Shown piece after piece: positions 9,019 through 22,371 of a stretch of 64,000 nt of DNA; the first letter of the stretch is position 1, and every line of letters starts with the position of its first letter. The position numbers were made by a program, and so were the translations under genes. The notes below the pieces were generated by a model. It saw only the letters and a list, made by a program, of their open reading frames with translations. It was not told where the DNA came from and did no database searches. Origin of the DNA: Phyllobates terribilis (taxonomy: Eukaryota); NCBI RefSeq assembly GCF_046119375.1, contig NW_027362771.1, positions 256,184,001-256,248,000 of the forward strand, read 5' to 3'.

Positions 9019-11808
9019 ATGGGAGGAAGAGAAACCAATCACAAACTAAAATGTTTTTATACAAATGCACAAAGCATGGGCAACAAACAAGGAGAATTGG
9101 AACTACTAATGCAGGAAAAGGAATATGATGTCATTGGAATCACTAAAACTTGGTGGGACGATACACATGATTGGAATAAAAGGCTAAAAGGATACAACTT
9201 ATTTGCAAGAAACAGACTTGATAAACGAGGAGGAGGTGTTGCATTGTATGTTAGAAAAACGTATATCTGCACAGAGATTGAAGCTTCAGAGACTGGGAGT
9301 TCTGTGGAAACTGTTTGGGTAAGAATACAAGGAGAGAACAACGGAAAGGACACCATTGTAGGCATTTACTACAGGCCACCTGGGCAAGCTGAAGATATGG
9401 ATGAACTCTTTATGAATCAAATGACCAAGTTCTCCAAAAAATATGACGTAGTGGTCATGGGAGATTTCAACTATCCAGACATTTGTTGGGAATCTCTCTC
9501 AAGTAAAACTAACAGGTCAAGCAAATTCTTATCCTCTCTTGCTGACAACTTTATCTTCCAAAAGGTAGGGGAGAAAACAAGGGGATCTGCTACTTTGGAT
9601 CTAATCCTTATAAACAGGGAGGAAATGGTTGAGGAGGTAAAGGTGGCTGGGACCCTAGGAGGCAGCGATCATGCTATTATAGAATTTTGGATAACTAGAG
9701 GAGGAAGACATGTGAAGACTCAAACTTCAAGGTTAGATTTTAGAAAGGCAGATTTTAAGAGACTCAGAAAGAGAATAGGAGGGATCCAATGGCTGGATGT
9801 CCTTAAGGACAAAAATGTCCAGGAAGGATGGGAAATTTTTAAAAATGAGATTCTCAAAGCACAATGGTTAACAATCCCGAAAAGTAGGAAGAATGGGAAG
9901 CATTTAAGGAAACCAGGATGGATGAACACAGAACTTAAACACATGCTAAAAAGAAAGAAAGAAATGTTTATTAAATGGAAAGAGGGAGGCATATCTAAAG
10001 AAGATTATAATGCAGTCTGCAGATCCTGCAGGGCACGTATCAGGTTAGCTAAAGCTGACAATGAATTAAGGCTTGCAAGAGATGTCAAAAGTAATAAAAA
10101 AGGATTTTGGGGGTATGTCAAAAATAAAAGAAAAGTCAAAGATGCTATAGGATTTTTACAGGATGAAAATGGAGAAATGGTAAGAGAGGATGTTGAGAAG
10201 GCCGAACTTTTTAATTCCTATTTTGCATCTGTTTTCTCTCAGAAAGAAAATGTAACATCAACTGATCTTCACTGTCCTTTTAAAGGAATAGAGGAATCCA
10301 ACTTATCTGTAAACAGAAAGATTGTGAGGGAATATTTAGCTAACATAAATGAGTTCAAGTCTCCAGGTCCAGATGAATTACACCCCAGAGTACTGAAGGA
10401 GATCGTAGAAGAAATTTTAGAACCACTCTCCATAATCTTTGAAAATTCTTGGAGAACAGGAGAAGTCCCAGAAGACTGGAGAAGAGCAAATGTTGTTCCT
10501 ATCTTCAAAAAGGGGAAGAAGGTGGACCCAGGGAACTATAGGCCAGTGAGTCTGACTTCTATACCAGAAAAGATCTTTGAACAAATTATTAAACAACATG
10601 TATGTAAGTACATGGATAAGAATGAAGTGATTAACCAGAGTCAGCATGGGTTTGTAACTAACAAGTCATGTCAGACTAACTTAATTTCCTTCTATGACAG
10701 AATCACTGACTGGGTGGATCAGGGAAATGCTGTAGATATAGTATATCTTGACTTCAGCAAAGCATTTGACAAAGTATCTCACACCATCCTTATTGAAAAA
10801 ATGACCAAGTATGCAATGGACCAGGCAACTGTTAGGTGGATTCATAACTGGCTTAGTGATTGGACTCAAAGGGTGGTGGTAAATGGCTTCACATCCAGCT
10901 GGATGAATGTCTCAAGTGGGGTACCACAGGGCTCCGTCCTGGGACCTGTATTGTTCAACATCTTTATCAATGATTTAGATGAAGGAATTGAGGGTAAACT
11001 GATTAAATTTGCTGATGACACAAAGCTAGGAGGGATAGCTAATACTAGAGAAGAGAGAGAGAGGATTCAAAAAGACCTAAATAAACTGGAGCAGTGGGCA
11101 GCAACCAACAGAATGGTTTTTAACAGGGAAAAATGCAAAGTACTACATCTGGGCAATAAAAATGAAAAAAGCATATACAGAATGGGAGGAATAGAGCTAA
11201 GCAACAGTACATGTGAAAAAGACTTAGGTATACTAATAGATCATAGACTGAACATGAGTCAACAGTGTGATGCAGCAGCAAAAAAGGCAAATACAATTCT
11301 GGGATGTATTAACAGAAGCATACAGTCTAGATCACGTGAAGTCATTATCGGTCTTTACTCCTCTTTGGTCAGACCTCATCTGGAATACTGTGTACAGTTT
11401 TGGGCACCACATTTTAAAAAAGACATAGACAAACTGGAGCAAGTTCAGAGAAGAGCGACCAGAATGGTGACTGGTCTGCAAACCATGTCCTATGAGGAAC
11501 GGTTGCAGGATTTGGGAATGTTTAGCTTGCAAAAAAGAAGACTGAGAGGAGACTTAATAGCTGTCTACAAATATGTCAAGGGCTGTCACATTGTAGAAGG
11601 ATCATCTTTATTCTCATTTGCACAAGGAAAGACTAGAAGCAATGGGATGAAACTAAATGGGAGGAGACACAGATTAGATATTAGAAAAAACTTTTTGACA
11701 GTTAGGGTGATTAATGAGTGGAACAGGCTGCCACGAGAGGTGGTGAGTTCCCCTTCAATGGACGTCTTCAAACAGAGGCTGGACAGACATCTGTCTGAGA
11801 TGATCTAG
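9019..11808 (+). CDS. CR1 ORF2p, apurinic-like endonuclease plus reverse transcriptase (929 aa)
   Basis: FYTNAQS, GIYYRPP, MGDFNYP and SDH endonuclease motifs. [23 protein letters not shown] and FADD RT motifs. Confidence 0.95.
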   Translation: MGGRETNHKLKCFYTNAQSMGNKQGELELLMQEKEYDVIGITKTWWDDTHDWNKRLKGYNLFARNRLDKRGGGVALYVRKTYICTEIEASETGSSVETVWVRIQGENNGKDTIVGIYYRPPGQAEDMDELFMNQMTKFSKKYDVVVMGDFNYPDICWESLSSKTNRSSKFLSSLADNFIFQKVGEKTRGSATLDLILINREEMVEEVKVAGTLGGSDHAIIEFWITRGGRHVKTQTSRLDFRKADFKRLRKRIGGIQWLDVLKDKNVQEGWEIFKNEILKAQWLTIPKSRKNGKHLRKPGWMNTELKHMLKRKKEMFIKWKEGGISKEDYNAVCRSCRARIRLAKADNELRLARDVKSNKKGFWGYVKNKRKVKDAIGFLQDENGEMVREDVEKAELFNSYFASVFSQKENVTSTDLHCPFKGIEESNLSVNRKIVREYLANINEFKSPGPDELHPRVLKEIVEEILEPLSIIFENSWRTGEVPEDWRRANVVPIFKKGKKVDPGNYRPVSLTSIPEKIFEQIIKQHVCKYMDKNEVINQSQHGFVTNKSCQTNLISFYDRITDWVDQGNAVDIVYLDFSKAFDKVSHTILIEKMTKYAMDQATVRWIHNWLSDWTQRVVVNGFTSSWMNVSSGVPQGSVLGPVLFNIFINDLDEGIEGKLIKFADDTKLGGIANTREERERIQKDLNKLEQWAATNRMVFNREKCKVLHLGNKNEKSIYRMGGIELSNSTCEKDLGILIDHRLNMSQQCDAAAKKANTILGCINRSIQSRSREVIIGLYSSLVRPHLEYCVQFWAPHFKKDIDKLEQVQRRATRMVTGLQTMSYEERLQDLGMFSLQKRRLRGDLIAVYKYVKGCHIVEGSSLFSFAQGKTRSNGMKLNGRRHRLDIRKNFLTVRVINEWNRLPREVVSSPSMDVFKQRLDRHLSEMI

Positions 11809-12270
11809 TGAATCCTGCTTTGAGCAGGGGGTTGGACCAGATGACCCAGGAGGTCCCTTCCAACTCTACCATTCTATGATTCTATGATTCTATGATTAAA
11901 GGATTTGTGACATCAATATTCCTGTGTATTCATTCTGACATGTATATAAACAACGAACACCCTGTCACCTATATCCATAAAGAGCACATCACCTCACCAT
12001 TGCATGGCATGTATTTATGTGTTTATAGAGGAAAAAGAAAAAGTTTATGATTCAGCTCAAATCAATGGTCAAAATCCAACCTTTTATTGAAGACTCACAA
12101 ATAGATTACAAAGCAAGCGATTTACACTAACATGTTTCAAGCACCATGATTAAGAATGCATATTGCGCTCGAAACACGTTGGTATAAATTGCTAGCACTG
12201 CAACTTATTTTTAGGCCATAATTACATTTGTATGCTCAGTTTTTATTTATTTGTTTATTTTGTTTTGCAG

Positions 12271-12353
12271 ACAGTGATTGCAACTGGTGTATCATATGCA
12301 TTCAATTTCCATGTAAAATATGAAGTTGACATTGTTGGAAAATTGCAGAAAGG
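12271..12353 (+). CDS. slc26a3: SLC26A3-like exon 8 (83 bp): TVIATGVSYAFNFHVKYEVDIVGKLQKG
   Basis: ttttgcag|...|gtatga; size and translation match SLC26A3 exon 8. Confidence 0.88.
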
Positions 12354-12541
12354 GTATGAACATTAAAATTATATTTTTGTATAAAACAGATCACACTAGT
12401 TGCTTGGCATGAATTATGTTTTAAAAAGTCATAAGTTGCATATAAGTTTCAATTTCACATCATACTTTTACCAAAAGTTTCAAAAGTAAGATTGGTGCTG
12501 CAGGAGGTGTGCACCCAACAACTTTTAGGCAGGTTTATTAA

Positions 12542-12912
12542 AGCGGTTGTCCACTACTTTATCATTGATGATCTATCGTTAGGATAGGTCATGAATGTCT
12601 GATCAGTCGGGGTCCACACACGGCACCCCCGCTGATCAGCTGTTCTCAGTGGCGGCCATCGGGCGGAAGTGCTCAATTGCAAAGCCACTCTTTCCTCTGA
12701 TAGTGGCTGGGTACTGCACATCCGCTAAATATTCAAATCAATAGGAGGCGGATGTGCAGTAACCTGCAGTGGCTACTATCAGAAGATGGAGCAGCTCCGC
12801 AATTGAGCATTTCCGGCCAGTGGCCGCCACCGCCGGCACTGAGAACAGCTGATCAGCGGGAATGCTGGGTGTCGGACCCCGACCGATCAAACATTGATGA
12901 CCTATCCTAAGG
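12542..12912. mobile_element. Palindromic Kolobok/T2-type MITE (right end truncated), same family as 31029-31335
   Basis: TTAA-AGCGGTTGTCCACTAC start and long self-complementary arms (ctgatcagctgttctcagtg / cactgagaacagctgatcag). Confidence 0.6.
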
Positions 12913-13380
12913 CCACAATGCGATTCTCATAAACTTGTACTGAGTTGTGACCTCCTGCTCGTTCCATGAAACACTGGAGCAGCCGGCAGGTCACAAATTG
13001 CCAGAGACTAACAGGAGCGGTGGTGATAACAGATGAAGGTGCCAGAAGGTGAGTATAAAACGGGGCAGGGGACTTGGATTTGAAGCACCACTCCAGCTGT
13101 AAAATTTAAAAAAAAATGTTTATGAAATAGCAAATATTTGATGTGCCATGTGCCAAGGGATTTACAGTTATACAGTTATAGATTTACAGTTATATGCTAT
13201 TAATATTTGATCAGTATTTTTGCTTTTTGGAATTTGAGGCACCACATATTTCCATAAAAACTTTCTGTTCAGCTGCCAAATTGTATTCATAAAGAATTAC
13301 TAAGGTTTATTGTCCGTAGTAAAATATAAAAAAGTTATTATAGTTCTATAGTGAAATGTCATACTTGTTTCCTTATACAG

Positions 13381-13528
13381 CTTTCAGGCTCCACAGGCAC
13401 CAAGCATTTCAGTATTTGAACAATGCATAGCTGACGGCTTTTCCATTGGAATCGTTGGATTTGCTATAGGTTTTTCAGTGGCAAAAGTCTATTCCATAAA
13501 ACATGACTATGTAATAAATGGTAATCAG
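13381..13528 (+). CDS. slc26a3: SLC26A3-like exon 9 (148 bp): FQAPQAPSISVFEQCIADGFSIGIVGFAIGFSVAKVYSIKHDYVINGNQ
   Basis: tatacag|...|gtatgt; phase continuous with exon 8; conserved ..GNQ end. Confidence 0.93.
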
Positions 13529-13825
13529 GTATGTTACATAAATCTTTTAACTATTTCAGATACAAATTTATATACGTATGCATAAATTATTAAGGTTTTC
13601 AAAAGTTCTATATGCCTTCATGTAAAATCAGAGGTGGGGATAAAGTAAGAATAGGCAATAGAATGTAATTGTGTTTGCTTATCATTCAATCCTTCACACT
13701 TTTCATTTAGAACAACAGAATCATTAGGTTCAACAAATCTAGCTAATAACATATGTAGTTGCTGTCTGAAAGCTGGTATTCAGACTACTTTATCGATCGA
13801 ACAATAAGCAAACAACACAAACATT

Positions 13826-14095
13826 TGCATGGTGGCTCAGTGGTTAGCACTACAGCTTTGAAGCGCTGGGGTCCTGGGTTCAAATCCCACCAAGGACAAC
13901 ATCTGCAAGGAGTTTGTATGTTCTCCCCGTGTTTGCGTGGGTTTCCTCCTGGTTCTCCGGTTTCCTCCCACACTCCAAAGACATACTGATAGGGAATCTA
14001 GATTGTGAGCCCCAATGGGGACAGTGCTGATGATGCCTGTAAAGTGCTGTGGAATTAATGATGATATATAAGTGAGTAAAATAAATAAATAAATT
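13826..14095 (+). mobile_element. tRNA-derived V-SINE
   Basis: tRNA-like head (GGTGGCTCAGTGGTTAGC...GGTTCAAATCC), V-domain GTATGTTCTCCCCGTGTTTGCGTGGGTTTCCTCC, (AAAT)n tail. Confidence 0.8.
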
Positions 14096-15516
14096 GCACT
14101 TTTCTCTCAAGGGAATAAAAGCGCAGTCAGGATAGTAAATTAATCAGTTTGAAAAGTCCAATGCGAATGCGTTATTTGTCTTTAAACACCAAACTGAACT
14201 GATGCATTTTGAGCCTTGATTTAAATCTATGATTGATGCTGGTAATGAGTTCCAGAGCGTGGGGGCTGTGTAACATAAGAGTCTGCCTCCAAATGTATAC
14301 TGAATCCTGGGTATGGACAGCTTTTTCATATGTACAAGGCCTGAGAAAGGTAACTCTCAGAACAATACAAGTGAGTAAAACAAGTAATTAAAAATAAATA
14401 TTTTATTAAGGGTTATAAGAATAAAAACTGATTAAAAAATTCAGAAAAGGTGTCTACATCACTAGGGACATGGCAAAATGCCCAATCTTACTAGATAAAG
14501 AGCTTAATGTTGAGGTGAGTCTGAGAAAAACATCAGCTGACGTTGGAGTGATGACTCTGCTGTTGTAGATGACAGTGATGAAAGGGAACATTTTCCTATT
14601 GAATTTTTAAATAGCTTAACCCCATCAGGCATGCCAAGTCATTGCCTTAGATTTAAGGTGGGCAGCATTATTATGTTGTTTAGAAATTTGAATACAAAAC
14701 GAGGACTCTGCAATGGTACACGATTAGTTGTAACATCATTGAATAGAAATGTTCTTGAGGTAGAGATTTTAACAGGATCAGCTGAAGGCGATAAGGCATA
14801 AAGAGAGATTTCCACAAAGATACTTTGTTGTTTATCGTGTAAAAAGACGTGTAAATAGACATGGGTAATTTGAGCTAGTTTTTATTATGTAGAGCACACT
14901 TTTCTAGCTTCCGAAACTTATTAGTTTCGGAACTTGGGCTGCTAGTATAGGTATAAATAAAGTAATAATAAAGGGACTACAGCAATGAACTTATTATAGC
15001 AGGGTATCTGTTAAACCAACCATGAAAACCTAGACCCATATAAAACAACCATGCTTGATGTATTTCCTATAGTTATATTGCAGCCAATAGTATAAACAAT
15101 AATAAATACAGATCATTACCTGGTGGTATAAATCAGTAGTGGCTGCAAGCAGATACGGCCCCGCATTTCTCCATCTTGACATGCGTTTCACCCTGCTTCT
15201 TCAGGGAGTCTTTGGAGTGTAGTAGGAAACAGGTCAAAACAGAGGAAACCCATCAAACACAGGGGGAACATACCAACTCTTTTACACACTGCTAACCACT
15301 GAGCCATCATATTATTCAATGCTGACAATTTTATGATCTGTGTATTTAAGAAAATAATGGATGAGAAAATATATGTACAATGCAGAGTGGAGTTAATTTT
15401 CTAAATATAAATCATCCTAAAAAGTGTTATGTTAACTGGTTAAAACAGGAACAAATCTTTCTTTCTTGGGCATCTTTATGAATGTGACCTGTTTAATATT
15501 TATATAAAATTTTCAG

Positions 15517-15630
15517 GAGCTGGTAGCCTTTGGACTAAGCAACATATTTGGTGGCTGTTTTAAAGGCTTTGCTGCAAGTACTTCATTGTCAAGATCTGCA
15601 GTCCAAGAAAGCACAGGAGGGAAAACGCAG
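15517..15630 (+). CDS. slc26a3: SLC26A3-like exon 10 (114 bp): [38 protein letters not shown]
   Basis: ttttcag|...|gtaaat; the [15 protein letters not shown] signature. Confidence 0.95.
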
Positions 15631-18600
15631 GTAAATATCCCTCAAATTATCTTTCCTATTACTCAAATATATAATCTAAAAGCAACTGTAGCAATAAGGT
15701 GCCCATGGCTTCAGCCCCTTTCCCTTCGGCCCTCTTCACATTTTCTTCACCCTGCTATTCTCTTTTTTCCCTTCTCCCTGTTGAGACACAGCTCATGTGC
15801 AGGTAAAGAAAAATAGTAGTGGGCCTCATTTGTCAATAAGAACTGGGCGAGGGTAGGGAAGAAACTTCTTATCTTTCAAAGTTGGGAGGCATGGGTAGAG
15901 CTGTTAAACCATATGTTCTGTAGGCCTACTCATCAACACTGCCTATTTATTGATTACTTGCAAATTATGTAAATATAAAATCAAAGGGGTTTCTCAAGTT
16001 GTCTCTTGAGCAGCTCGCATTTCGGCAGTCTCCTTCTTCCATAATATTGGGGGGTAAGCAGGCTCTCCTCTTTGAGTAACAGTTCTGGTCAGATTCCTTC
16101 TGCTACTGTTATTGTTCTGATGCCTACACTGTTATCACTATATTTGCATATAAAGATGACAGAACATAGGAACAAGCACATGGCTCAGGAAAGTGAGCTT
16201 AGGAAAGTGAGAGCTGTGATTAGGAGAACTGCTCTGGAAACTCCTGATGCTACCAGGGCTGTGAATTGTGACTATGCAGGACTGATAAGAGCAGCTCAGT
16301 CAGGAGCTGAGAGGGAGGGGGAGGTGCGCAGCTAACTGCTATATTGAAGTCAATGGGCTGGAGATAGCTGACCGGGATTACATAAGTTAATTCCTCAGCC
16401 TGGAATTAAAAATGGTGCCGTTTTTAATTTTTAATTTTAGAGTAGGAACTCAAACTTATGAGGACCCTTGACGAGAGCTTGCGTATTTTGGCCAAAATAT
16501 CGACCAATACCTCATGTAATGTATTTATTTTATACATTATTTTTCATCTTTTTATTGCACATTTTTCATCATTTGTAGGATGCAGCCAGGCCTTTTAGTG
16601 TTGGTTGGGTGAATTGGGATGTCTGTTTTGTGGGGTGCACGTATATAGTGCTGGACAGCCCGCTTGATTTAAAATTATGAGCTTCATTAGTAGGCTGTAA
16701 GCCAGACACTGTGCATCACACCTGTCTTATGCAAGACTCATCTGTGTGCATTTGTAATACTACACAGCCACTCACATATCTACCAATTTATATACGAGGT
16801 GGCTGTCGCATCAGTATTTTGCACCTATGCTTGCCCCCGCCTCTATCATCGGGGTCTGCTGCATGCTGCTTGTGCTTTGGCAATCTGACCTGGTGTTGGT
16901 AAGGCATGTTTCTTTTCTGTGATTTTTTTTCCTCATCCTGGAATGTAACATACACAAACAGACTTGATTTTTTGTTCACCTTGGCAACAAGCTATATACA
17001 ATGTAAGATAAAAGTTCTCATAGCAGGAAAATGAAACCAGATAGAAAAAGCACATAAATTGCAAACTTGCTTATTTTCATGCTATATAACTAACTTAAGC
17101 AATGTAATGACATGAGAATACATCTTTATTAGCTTAGTTTTAGATTGACAGCCGTCATGTGTCTAGTATGGTGTGGGCTCAGCTCCTGAACTCCTTATGC
17201 ATAAAAAGGCAGCTGACACTAGACATATAAGTAAGTCTAATGTTGGTAGAGGATATAGGGGACAAGGCATAGCAAAGGCAAAGTTTCCTACATTTTCCTA
17301 CATTTTGAAATGGTTGGTATTAACTTGCTGAGAGCTATAATATCAGCACAGCCATTACAAACTGTATGGAGCTGTGCCTAGCACTGGGATAGGGTGCCTG
17401 CTGGAGCTTGATGACCCATCCAATCAGCAATCAGTCTGACCTCCACCGATTTAACATTGTTGCCCTACCCAAATAAGACCATCAATATCAACACCCCAAA
17501 AAAAACTTTAAGTTATATTTACATTTTAATTTGGTTTATATAAAGTCATTTTCCAGCTAAATATTCTATAACATGTGAATCAGACAATACATCAAATTGA
17601 AGAAGGTTTTTGATGTGACCTCTACTGTGCCAAAGTCCCAGCACACGGAGAAGAGCAGGGCTCTAAAGCACAGACTGGAGTTATGGAAAAGGGAAAAGAA
17701 CAACTGAGATCCATTTCAAATGAGTTAAAGGAATGGTTTCCACTGATTTGCAGGATGGAAGACAGATCTTGAGATTGCTGGGGTGGTCTCAGTGGTCAGC
17801 ATAATAAGATACTTTTGTAGGAAAAAAAACTTTTTAATTTTGTACATATCTATAAATTTTTCATTTTGGACATAAATGAATATATAGTGAATCTAAAGAG
17901 TGAAGAATAAAAAGATAAGAGGCAGTAGAGATAACACCCAATAGCAAAACACTGGAGTTTGACTAGTTTGAGTATAAAGATGGAAATTTGATGTGCACTT
18001 CATGAAAATTTTATAAAAAATGGATGCTGTAGATTAATGTACTTATTTAGTTGTATTTTTTACCTGTCTTTTTGTAAATTCTGTTATTAAAATATTGAAA
18101 AATATAAAGTCATTCCCATGAATGTTGTGTTGAGTGAAAGCAGTATTAACCTGCAAAAGCTTCTAGTAAAATTAGCTAGTAGTGAGATTTCATAATATCA
18201 TGAATAATAAATTATATAAATAAATGTTTTGAGACACAGCTGTTAATCGCTTAAGTTAGGTTTTTCATTCGATCTCATTGTCACAGGTGTATAAAATCCA
18301 GCCCTCTAACCATGCACTTTGCCTTTGCTAACATTTGTAAAAGAATAGGCCTTGATTAAGCGCTCACTGAATTAGTGAATAGTACTATAATAGGATGTCA
18401 TTGTTATAATAAACAAAACCCAAGATAAAAACATAAAAAGCAAATACCCTGCAGTAAATAAATAAACATCAGAAGTGCATGAAAATAATATAGGATGCTT
18501 AGTTAACATAATTTTGATCAAAAAAATGAAAAAATCATCCTACCACATCACGGTGACCCTTTTCGAGACAGTCCAGAATAGGGACATCGTGACGTGGTGG

Positions 18601-19744
18601 GATGGCTTTTGCATTTTTTTTATCAAAAATATGTTAATTAAGCACCTTATATTATTTTCATTCAATATTGCTGTTCATTTATTTAATGCAGGGTATTTGC
18701 TTTTTATGTTTTTATCTTGTGTTTTGTCTGTTTAGTGGCCAGTGTGAACATGTGCTTACATGCTGCATGCACAACAACTTATATTCCAGCTCATCTGTTC
18801 AGGTGTTTTCATTTTTATGAAAAGTCAGTTGGTGAAATTTCTTCCCTCCTACATATTCAGAAATCAACTGTGAGTAGTATAAATTGAAGCATTTAGGAAC
18901 CACAGCAACTTAGCAAGGTCACTGAGTGCTGAGACACATGGGGCATAAAAGTCTCTGATGCTCTGCTGACTCAATATCTGCACAGTTCCAAACCTCCTCT
19001 GACATTAACATTGGCATAAAAAAACAGTGCATTGAAAGGTTCATGGTATGGGTTTCCATGCCCAAGTAGCTGAATCCAGGCCTTACATCACCGAGCACAA
19101 TGCCAGGTGTCAGATGAAGTGGTGTAAAACATGTGAAGCAGTGGGAATGTGTTTTGTGGAGTGATGAATCATGTATCTTTATCTTGTGGTCTGATGGATG
19201 AATCAGGGTTTGGCAAATTATACAAAAATGTTACTTGCTTCCACTGCATTTTATCAACTGTAAAGTTTGGTGGTGGAGGAATAATGCTATGGGGTTGTTT
19301 TTAAAGGGAATTTGTCACCATTGGCACATATCTGACCTCTAATATGAGCATACAGGTGATAGAAATGTGAATCTATACATACCTGTATGCCTTATATTAG
19401 AGGTCTTGTTGCTGTAAAATATCTTTTTATTCAAGTCAAGTTTCTGATACTGTGGAGCCAGGGCCTGGAAGAAATCCCCACCTCCTGTGTGAATTAGCAT
19501 GCTTCCCCCCTCCCCTGCATGTCACAGTGTCCTGTGATGTGCAGTTGCAGCAGCCAAATCCAGGCACTGTGACATGCAGGGGAGTGGAAAACATTGTAAT
19601 TCACACAGGAGGCGGGGATTTCTACTAGTCCCCAGGACTGGAACACATCAGAAACTTGTAGGAATAAAAATACATTTCACAGCAACCAGACCTCTAATAT
19701 GAAGCATACAGGTAGGAATAGATTTACATTTCTATCACATGTAT

Positions 19745-22371
19745 TATTATTATTTATTATAGCGCCATTTATTCCATGACGCTTTACATGTGAAAGGGAT
19801 ATACATAGCACAATTACAATAAATTTTGAACAATACAAGCCGGCGACTGGTACATAAGGAGCGTCGACCCTGCCTGCAAGGGCTCACAATCTACAGGGGA
19901 TGGGTGAGGATACAGTAGGTGAGGATAGAGTTGGACGTGCAGCTGTATGGTGGAGAAAGGGTTACTGTAGGTTGTAGGCTTGTCAGAAGAGGTGGGTCTT
20001 CAGGTTCCTTTTGACAGTTTCCATGGTAGGTGACAGTCTGATGTGTTGGGGTAGAGAGTTCCAGAGTAGGCGGGATGCATGGGAGATATCTTGTATATGA
20101 TTGTGGGAAGAGAAGATAAGAGGGGAATAGAGAAGGAGATCTTGTGAGGATCGGAGGTTGCGTGTAGATAAGTATCGGGAGATTAAGTCACAGATATATG
20201 GAGGAGACAGGTTATGGATGGCTTTATATGCCATGGTTAGGGTGTTAAACTGGAGTTTCTGGGGAGCCAGTGAAGGGATTGACAGAGAGGAGAGGCTGGG
20301 GAATAGCTGAGGGGGGACAGGTGGATTAGTCGGGCAGCAGAGTTTATGATAGATTGGAGGGGTGCGAGAGTGTTAGAGGGGAGGCTACAGAGCAGGAGGT
20401 TGTAGTAGTCGAGGCGTGCACTTGTAATGTAGGTGCTGGAATGCAACACACAGAGACACAAGGCGAGGACAGTCAGAGATGAATATATACAGTTTATATA
20501 TAGATATAACAGGTATTCTGAACAAGGGAATGGCAACAGGGATAATTAACGGTAATTTCAAATATTAATAAAATGCGAAGTCTCTTAAGGTAGTGCGGTA
20601 CACCCAATCATGGGAGTCACCACGTCAGTTCTTTAACTCTGTATATGGCCCTAGCGGGGGTCACCGGCTATTCCCGCTAGGCCGAAAGTCTTTTCCGGAC
20701 AAAGTCAATTAAATCATGTTTAGCTTCTCCCGCCCCAACCGTTCCCCTCCCAACCTGAGTACCTAAACCCAACTGGCCCCGGTACCGTGAGTGAACAGTA
20801 GAAGTGACGGCCCTGTTCACGTATGCAGCTCCTCTACTTTCACTGGCGTGACTTTCCTGGCACAGCCGTCTCCCAACTCCTCTCTTCCTGGCCGTTGGAG
20901 GCAGTCTCTCAAGCCGTGGATAGGGGGTCCAGACCTCGTCTGTCGGCGGGCGACGTCGGATTCCACGAACTCACTCAGCACTGCAAGCAGGTTCCGACTC
21001 TCCTCAGTAGGCACAGCACTCGGGGCACACCTGTGAGGGATCCGGAGCTCATCCACCGGTGTCTGTCCGGCTGGGGCACCTCGCAGGCCTCTGGCTTAGG
21101 CCTGCCTCGCGGAGAGTCTCAGCACGTAGGGAGCACGTCTGCTCCTCTCTGCTGCTTGGCGCCAAAAACACTTCAAGCTTGGGGCGCTGGCCTCTTATAC
21201 CCAGGAACTACTTCCTGGAAGTCACCTGACATGCACATCCTGGTTCTGCTTGACTGTGTCTGACCAGCAGATGGCAATCTCTCTCCATCTTTGAAGCATC
21301 CTGTAAGAATTCTGTTAAAGGCTCTCTTGCCTCTACTACACACTAGTGTTTTTGCAGATTCGTGGTTGAGGAATGTGCGGTTCCAGAAGATATTTTTGAG
21401 TTGGAGTCGGCAGGAAGTGGAAAGGGCTTGGATATGTGGTTTGAAGGAGAGATTAAAGTCCAGGGTTACCCTGAGGCAGCGAGCTTGTGGCACTGGGGAG
21501 AGTGGGCAGCCATTGACTTTGATGGATAGGTCAGTTGGGGGGGGTTGAGTGATATGGTGGAAAGATGATGAATTCAGTTATATCCATGTTAAGTTTTAGA
21601 AATCTGTCAGAGAAGAAGGATGAAATAGCAGACTGACATTGTGGGATTCTGGTTAGTAGGGAGGAGATATCGGGTCCAGAGAGGTAGATCTGTGTGTCAT
21701 CAGCATAGAGGTGATACTGAAAGCCTTGGGACTCTATGAGCTGTCCCAGGCCGAAGGTGTAGATGAAGAAGACCAGGGATCCTAGGACTGAACCTTGGGG
21801 GACACCGACAGATAGGGGGCGTGATGAGGTGGTGGTGTGTGAGTGGGAGACACTGAATGTCCTGTGTGTTAAATATGAGGAGATCCAAGATAGAGCCAAG
21901 TCTTTGATGCCAAGAGATGAGAGAATCTGTAGTAAGAGGGAATGTTCCACTGTGTCAAAGGCAGATGACAGGTCCACAAGGAGGAGGACAGAGTAGTGTT
22001 CGCTTGGATTTGGCACTTAGTAGGTCGTTGGTGACTTTAGTCCGGGCAGTTTCAGTGGAGTGGTGCGGTCGGAAGCCAGATTGTAAGGGGTCAAAGAGGG
22101 AGCAGGAGGACAGGTGGGAGGACAGTTCAGAATGGACGTGTTGTTTCAGTAGTTTTGAGGCATAAGGGAGAAGTGATAAGGGGCGATAGCTAGACAGAGA
22201 GGATGGGTCAAGGGATGGCTTTTTGAGGATGGGTGTGATCAAGGCATGTTTGAAGCATGAGGGGAAGACACCACTTGTTAGTGACAGGTCGAAAAGGTGG
22301 GTTAGGGTTGGGATGAAGACTGTGGTGAGGTTAGGGATGAGGTGGGACGGGATTGGGTCAAGTTTGCAGGT
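19745..22371 (-). mobile_element. 5'-truncated L2 LINE (degenerate RT), interrupted by a solo LTR
   Basis: Minus-strand fragments [50 protein letters not shown]; (ATT)n tail. Confidence 0.88.
20423..21340 (-). mobile_element. Solo LTR (918 bp) with 4-bp TSD CACT
   Basis: TGTA...TACA termini. CACT at 20419-20422 and 21341-21344. L2 sequence resumes on both sides. TATA-like TATAAGAGG on the minus strand near 21198 (strand call is tentative). Confidence 0.8.

Larger units (their letters stand above)
7700..11897 (+). mobile_element. Near full-length CR1 LINE (5' boundary approximate)
   Basis: ORF1 (zinc finger, zipper, esterase), ORF2 (APE and RT), short 3' UTR ending in (ATTCTATG)x3 at 11871-11894, the CR1 hallmark tail. 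Confidence 0.93.

Noticed and set aside
13826-13900. tRNA-like sequence (also ~44185-44250 and ~28450-28520)
   Set aside because: A/B-box heads run straight into a SINE V-domain with no complete cloverleaf; these are SINE heads, not tRNA genes.
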